Origin: Octopus sinensis
Taxonomy: Eukaryota
Assembly (NCBI RefSeq): GCF_006345805.1
Contig: NW_021834067.1
Span: 1-26,787 of the forward strand
DNA: 26,787 bases
Direction: 5' to 3'
Shown here: positions 21,965 through 26,787 of the stretch, piece by piece
Layout: each line of letters opens with the position of its first letter
Position numbering within the stretch: position 1 is the stretch's first letter
Made by a program: the position numbers and the translations under genes
The notes under the pieces: generated by a model
Told to the model about the DNA's origin: nothing
What the model saw: the letters and a program-made list of their open reading frames with translations, nothing else
Databases searched by the model: none

Positions 21965-22640
21965 CGAATTTTACGTGACAACTGGCTAATTTTTTTCCTT
22001 ACGATTCTAAGGTAACCATCTTCCCCCAAGGACGACACCAACTATTTTTAATTTCAATGCCTGTTTTTTATGAGCCAGTATTCTTTTCTATTATCTACCC
22101 CATATTCAACGAGACACGTTCTATGTACGCGGTCACATCCAGGATTATCAAAAATTCCTTTAATTCAACACAATTATACCTCCTGAATACAAATAATTTG
22201 ATATACAAATTGTAATCCAAATAGGACCAATTTCCAGTAAAGTTCTTAATGCCAAGGAATGGTAAGTATAGACATAATTTGTGAATACTACTGGATTGTT
22301 TTTATATCTGCATTCTTATTTCTATTATAAAGTGTTTCATAAACAATTCCTAGATAAGGGTACTGTTCAGTTGTGCTGATTCCCCAATTTTAAATGATAT
22401 ATTCATAAGCGTAATACGGGTATCCGCTTTTACATCGACAATACTTACAGCAATCAAGCACGTTTTGTTCACTAAAACTAACCAACTTGCCATGCTTAAG
22501 CGCGTATATACTTTCTATACTGGAAATCTGGAGAGTATTTATTTACAAACTAAGCTAAATATATAACATGATCCACAATCAAGCTGATTTTTAACATTTG
22601 TGACTACATTTTTATCACATCTTAATATCCAATTAACAGA
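21965..22640 (-). pseudogene. Papain-family (cathepsin L-like) cysteine protease pseudogene, mature domain only (not called by the ORF track)
   Basis: SVNW..VTNVKNQLDCGSCYIFS|..SIES..ALKHGKLVSFSEQNVLDC...C.SGYP..AYEYI...GI.T...YPY...GPI...|GIFD..C...H..CLVEYG.....YWLIKN|SW...G.DGYLRI, with four 19-23 nt introns, two in-frame TAA and a frameshift. No propeptide upstream. Confidence 0.88.
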
Positions 22641-23237
22641 TTATACTAAACCCCTGATTCTTTAGTTAATTACTACTAGGGCAATAGGCAGTGGTTGTTT
22701 GAAAATACAAAGTGTATGGAAATGCAGAGATATGTGTTTAAAGATCAAATGGAGACTCGGAGTGGCTGTCTTAGCACTCCTCTTGTATTCCTAGACGCCG
22801 ATCATCAACGACAGTTCAAGTCATTACTATCCCTACTGCTCTGCCCTCCAGGGTGTCGTGGCAGAAAGTGGTGAACAAGAGTTGTAGTTTGTGCCGGGAG
22901 GGAGAGGGGTGTACGTGAGTTTAGACAGAAGGGAATTTTGAGTATGGAGAGGCAGTCGACGGAGGGGGGATTGGTTGGAAATAAGAGCAGTGATTTGGCA
23001 GGTCAACTCGTTGCAGCTGCGTGCCATGTTATCGAATGAATGGCAGGTAGTGAGTATTCAGAGAATAATTGGAAGTGATGGGCAATGTGTTGGCGGGGGA
23101 GGACAGTCCTTAACACGCCCCTCCTACATCTGCACACTCCTCAGTGAGTTAGACCAGCCATTCCTCACAGAACATCCTCCTCAACACTACGCCACCCACC
23201 CAGTACTTGCTCACCAAAGTACTCGCTTTCCTCAGGA

Positions 23238-23295
23238 CAATCGCTTTCAATACATATCAGCTCATATGAGGTCAATAACACGTGGAATTTGGTGA
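23238..23295 (-). pseudogene. Micro-fragment (about 60 nt) of a Mi-2/CHD3-4-5 chromatin remodeller ATPase domain
   Basis: [15 protein letters not shown](E/D) matches [14 protein letters not shown] of animal CHD3/4/5; the match is very short. Confidence 0.6.
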
Positions 23296-23299
23296 CACG

Positions 23300-23590
23300 T
23301 CTTTGCCTCTGTCGGTGGTGGGGCTTCTGAGGCCGATTGAGGAGTCCCCCCCGAAGTACGTCACATAAAAATTGTCCCTCAACAACCCCAACTCGTCTAC
23401 CAGGAATTGGATTGCCCACGCAGCCATTTCGGCCTTGAAGTAGTCCCCGAATGACCAGTTTCCCAGCATTTCGAACAATGTGTGGTGGTACGAGTCCTTC
23501 CCCACGTCGTCCAGGTCGTTGTGCTTCCCGCCCGCCCGAATGCATTTCTGGGAATTGACTGCTCGCTTGAGTTTCACAATTTTTGAAAAA
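23300..23590 (-). pseudogene. AARS1: Internal fragment of eukaryote-type alanyl-tRNA synthetase, truncated at both ends
   Basis: [47 protein letters not shown]...YVTYFGGD; neither the N-terminal DPTLLF.NAGM segment nor the downstream domains are present. Confidence 0.9.
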
Positions 23591-23699
23591 TTTGTTTTAG
23601 ATGAAGTTTTAACGCTCAAAATCGATGATTATCCAAAATAAATGTACATTCATGAGGTCACAAATTTAAAAATAAGATTTACAAATATTTTCCTGAAAA

Positions 23700-23990
23700 T
23701 AACCACTCCGACTGCAAGAAAGATATCGATCAACGGACTTTGATATACGGCCTCGAATAATAGTTAATAGTTTTCTTTCGAGTGGTGACCAGTATTATCG
23801 GTCTTAAGTTTCCAGACGGTCCTCTTCGTATTTCTGGTTTCTGAATAGGTTTTAATATTTCTGTCGCGATTGGCTAAGCTATTGGGGTCATATTTGAGTA
23901 ATTACCACGGAACTCCGTCACATACTGAAGCTCTGTTGTTGTTCATACAGAGAAATGCTTTTGACCTCAGAATGTGTTATTTCGTTTGAC
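23700..23990 (-). mobile_element. RTE-like LINE RT fragment (domains 0-2)
   Basis: ITHSEVK...NNNRAS.CDGVP..LLKY..., LKPIQKPEIRRGPSGNLRPIILVTT.KKT, ..LQS, with frameshifts. Confidence 0.7.
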
Positions 23991-23994
23991 AGGC

Positions 23995-24555
23995 TCTGTG
24001 GGTGTCCAATATAGTTTGTTTCTGGAAGTGGTCAGCAATTCTCGAACTTTTTCTCCATCATCCAGTATTCCGAGGAGTGACTGTACAAAGGGCAACCTGT
24101 AGTGTACAATGAGAATATATATGATGATATAGAAAAGTATATTGGAGTAAGAAGTGTGAATTCATTGACTAGTTCGTGAAGTACACAACTCGTCTTACTT
24201 CTGAACAGCCCTAATGCGCTTGCAGGCAATCTAGACTGGGGGAGTCACACCAAAATGGATAGACTCACTGTACTCTTTTAAACAAGTGTCAAACTGGTCA
24301 ATTTGTGGTATACACGAATGTATTCTAACAGGTTGTATTGTATCATATGAGTTGTGTATTTTCCACGAATTGGTCTGTGCTCAATACATTATCGGACATG
24401 TCCTTTATCAGCCTACTTAGAAAGGTGTCTGCATTTACTATGTTTTGGTCAATGTTATTGAATAGGCCTAACATGTTCTTGTTCTGTTGGGAGGTAAATT
24501 CCAGGGAGGAATCTCGTCTGTCCTCTAAGTTGACGAAGACTGCTTTCTGACTCAA
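23995..24555 (-). pseudogene. EXOC1: Exocyst Sec3/EXOC1 internal fragment with short introns and stops
   Basis: LEFTSQQNKNMLGLFNNIDQNIVNADTFLSRLIKDM...IPQIDQFDTCLKEY aligns with EXOC1 [36 protein letters not shown]...EVDQIELKLSSY. It has GTGAG/GTAAG-type introns of about 30-33 nt and in-frame TAG/TGA. The left boundary is uncertain. Confidence 0.55.
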
Positions 24556-24589
24556 CTGGATAGTGAGTGATGGGTACCATCGACAGAGA

Positions 24590-24735
24590 GTTAATGAAGT
24601 TAATAAGTTAATGAATCGTAAATAATTTTAGCATTAATGATCGAAATTGTGATTTTAAAAAACTGAATGGAGTGAACCTGTCAAAAGCAATTAATAAACA
24701 CGCTCTCTCACTGTACAACTATTATGTGGCAGCCC
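24590..24735 (+). mobile_element. R4-like LINE relic (post-RT region)
   Basis: KLNGVNLSKAINKHALSLYNYY matches the KLNG.NL..AIN..A.SL.NY motif of this clade. Confidence 0.55.
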
Positions 24736-25129
24736 ACACTGGCGACCAGAGCGACCTTTATTGAAAGGGTTAACAGGATGACCAACATAGTTTGACACTA
24801 ATTACTGACTGACTAAAAATAATTGCAGATAATTACTAAAAATTCAAAAAACTTAACATTTTTTAACTCTATTCAAATCAACTATCTTGGTTTCATTTCG
24901 TAATTCGATTTAAATGTTAGGAAAAAAACTAACCATTAATCTGTTATTACTAATAAGGGCAAGTTTTTTCTAGCAATTAAAAAAAATTTTAGCCCTACAA
25001 TCACAAAATCTAGAATTTATAATTAAAAAAATTAGCACTTAAAATGATCAAATCTAGCATTTAAAATTGTAAAATTAATAACAAAACAATGAAAAGAACA
25101 TCAAGTATAAACACTAATTAGACGACTCT

Positions 25130-25480
25130 TAAATTTTTGTTTTCGGAGTTCCCCATGACTCTACTTTGATCGTCCCCGCCATGATCCTCAATCTTCTCTT
25201 AGGTTATCTATTGAAGTCACACCCACTTCAATAAGCCATATTAGGTTCTCTTTTTGTCATAGAGGAAAATGTGAGGTTTGTTATATTGTATTTTCAACTC
25301 TGTTGGAATTGTTGTATCAACTCGTATTTCTGCCATGGTGTAGCACATAAGACTCTGGACAGAGTGATTTTTCAGTCTTCTGGATTTTTTGAATACAAAT
25401 CTACGGCACAAGTGCATGTGGATGCATCTCACAATTTCATTGTGTATTCTTGTATAATCCGAATTTTCAATCAAATTAGT
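25130..25480 (-). mobile_element. R4-like LINE REL-endonuclease relic
   Basis: DYTRIHNEIVRCIHMHLCRR...HSVQS...AEIRVDTTIPTELKIQYNKPHIFLYDKK; paralogous to 16445-17158. Confidence 0.8.
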
Positions 25481-25984
25481 AACTTAGAAATTTCTGCGAA
25501 AAAAATATTAAAATCAAAAAAGTAATGAACAGAAAAAGAAAATAACCTCAAAAAAGTACTTTTTATTAAAAATTTCGAACGTGACCGATCTGGCCCCTCG
25601 ACCGGTCTGGACGGTGACATTATATAACTTCGCATTTACTAGACTTAAAGAAAAAAATTAAAAATATCAATGAAATTAATGAAGTAAATCTTATCAATCG
25701 TTTTTCTGTAAAACTTTATGATTTAACTTCAAATATCCAAGAGCCAAAAATAAAAAGCAGAAAGACTGTTTTCGGTCGTTTTACTTGTCTTCACGGCTTC
25801 TTGTTTCTTAATTGCAGTTCATTAGTGAATGAAATTAAAAATTATTTCAAAATTTCGACTTTAAAAACGGAAAAAAACAAATTAAAAACAAAATTAATCA
25901 TGATAGTGATAAATTTATTCATTTTCAGATTACTTAAGTTTTAATGAGCGCCAATAAAGTATTTATATTTGTTAATTAAGAGGG

Positions 25985-26060
25985 GTTTTGTTCGTTGTTG
26001 TACTGTTTAACACCTTCCCACACTGCGTAGCCAAATGATCAATTTTTTCCATCTTTCTTG
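25985..26060 (-). mobile_element. R4-like LINE CCHC micro-relic
   Basis: KIDHLATQCGKVLN, the same motif as at about 6130 and 16830. Confidence 0.6.
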
Positions 26061-26787
26061 TATTGGTCTCAAGAGGAAGCAGGCAATCCCTTGCTAAAGT
26101 TTTGAAAGCGCAGATCGCTGAATTCATGTCCAATTTCGAGTCCGTCCTCTGCCCCCCTACCGAAGGGACGCACAAAGTTGAAAGAAGCCCTTTAAAGGCA
26201 TCTGAGGCCGAAAGGTCACATTCAACTCCTCCCACAACACTCCCATTCAGTTCTACGACGTCATCCTCAACAAAGTTCCGGGAAGCGGAAAAAATTTGAT
26301 CACAATCCAAACCACGGACGAGGAGATCGCAGAATACGGAAGATTGAAGTACTATGAAACACACATCAACGGAAAATATTTTATGTCATATGACGGAGAG
26401 ATTGCACAGTTCGGCACATATAGAGTATTGAATGATGTATTTTACGTGGATGTGAACTACCTCGAATGTGGAATCCACACCAAAAGATGTATACAATTAC
26501 TGCACAGGTTGGGATATATTATTAATCCACTTGCTCACAAACCACGGGGGGTTCGAGTTTGTCACAATCACAGGCAGGAGTGCACTCGCACGGTTCCTGC
26601 ACTTCACAAGGCCTACTCTTTGTGAGGACTTGGGAGGCTGTCGTCGATTAAACACGCATTACTGTCATGTCCTCGACAAGGCAGGGGGCACGGACTGCAC
26701 GTGCATTACAAGTTCTAAAGGAGTGTGAGCACCTTCAGTTTATGCAGAATTGTTTTGATTGATAAGTGCTTTGTAGACACGATAGTC

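Noticed and set aside
2615-24555. Processed (retrotransposed) origin of the gene fragments
   Set aside because: Introns are retained in all fragments long enough to contain them, and no poly(A) tails are seen.
1-26787. Alternative genetic code (TAA/TAG read as Gln or Glu), suggested by in-frame TAA/TAG in kinesin-5, the cathepsin, retroelements and gene 1
   Set aside because: The intact GALC frame (about 634 codons) contains no internal TAR and ends in TAA at the homologous C-terminus, as does UTP20. The in-frame stops occur only in sequences that also carry TGA stops or frameshifts.
1-26787. Prokaryotic features (operons, CRISPR, defence systems), rRNA or telomeric arrays
   Set aside because: None seen; gene content and introns are eukaryotic, and no telomere-like tandem repeat is present.

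Overview
Eukaryotic nuclear DNA, almost certainly animal, AT-rich, with ultra-short spliceosomal introns (mostly 21-31 nt GT..AG). That intron size fits a dicyemid-like compact genome, but the taxon cannot be fixed from sequence alone. The standard genetic code is used. Only one recognisable gene reconstructs with an unbroken frame: a 16-exon GH59 galactocerebrosidase (GALC) homolog on the minus strand (17864-20147), whose acid/base Glu is replaced by Gln. A second multi-exon gene of unknown function lies at 109-1497. Most of the rest is a patchwork of about ten unrelated housekeeping-gene fragments: UTP20, proteasome beta-like, DDX1, kinesin-5, TBP, ALKBH7, papain/cathepsin-L-like, Mi-2/CHD, alanyl-tRNA synthetase and EXOC1/Sec3. 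All but the two shortest retain introns, all are truncated, and most are disabled. They abut each other and short relics of many transposon lineages (R4/Dong-like, I-group, RTE-like and CRE-like LINEs, pogo/Tigger, hAT-Buster, tRNA-derived SINE heads). All protein assignments are by-eye comparisons with family motifs from memory; no database search was run.
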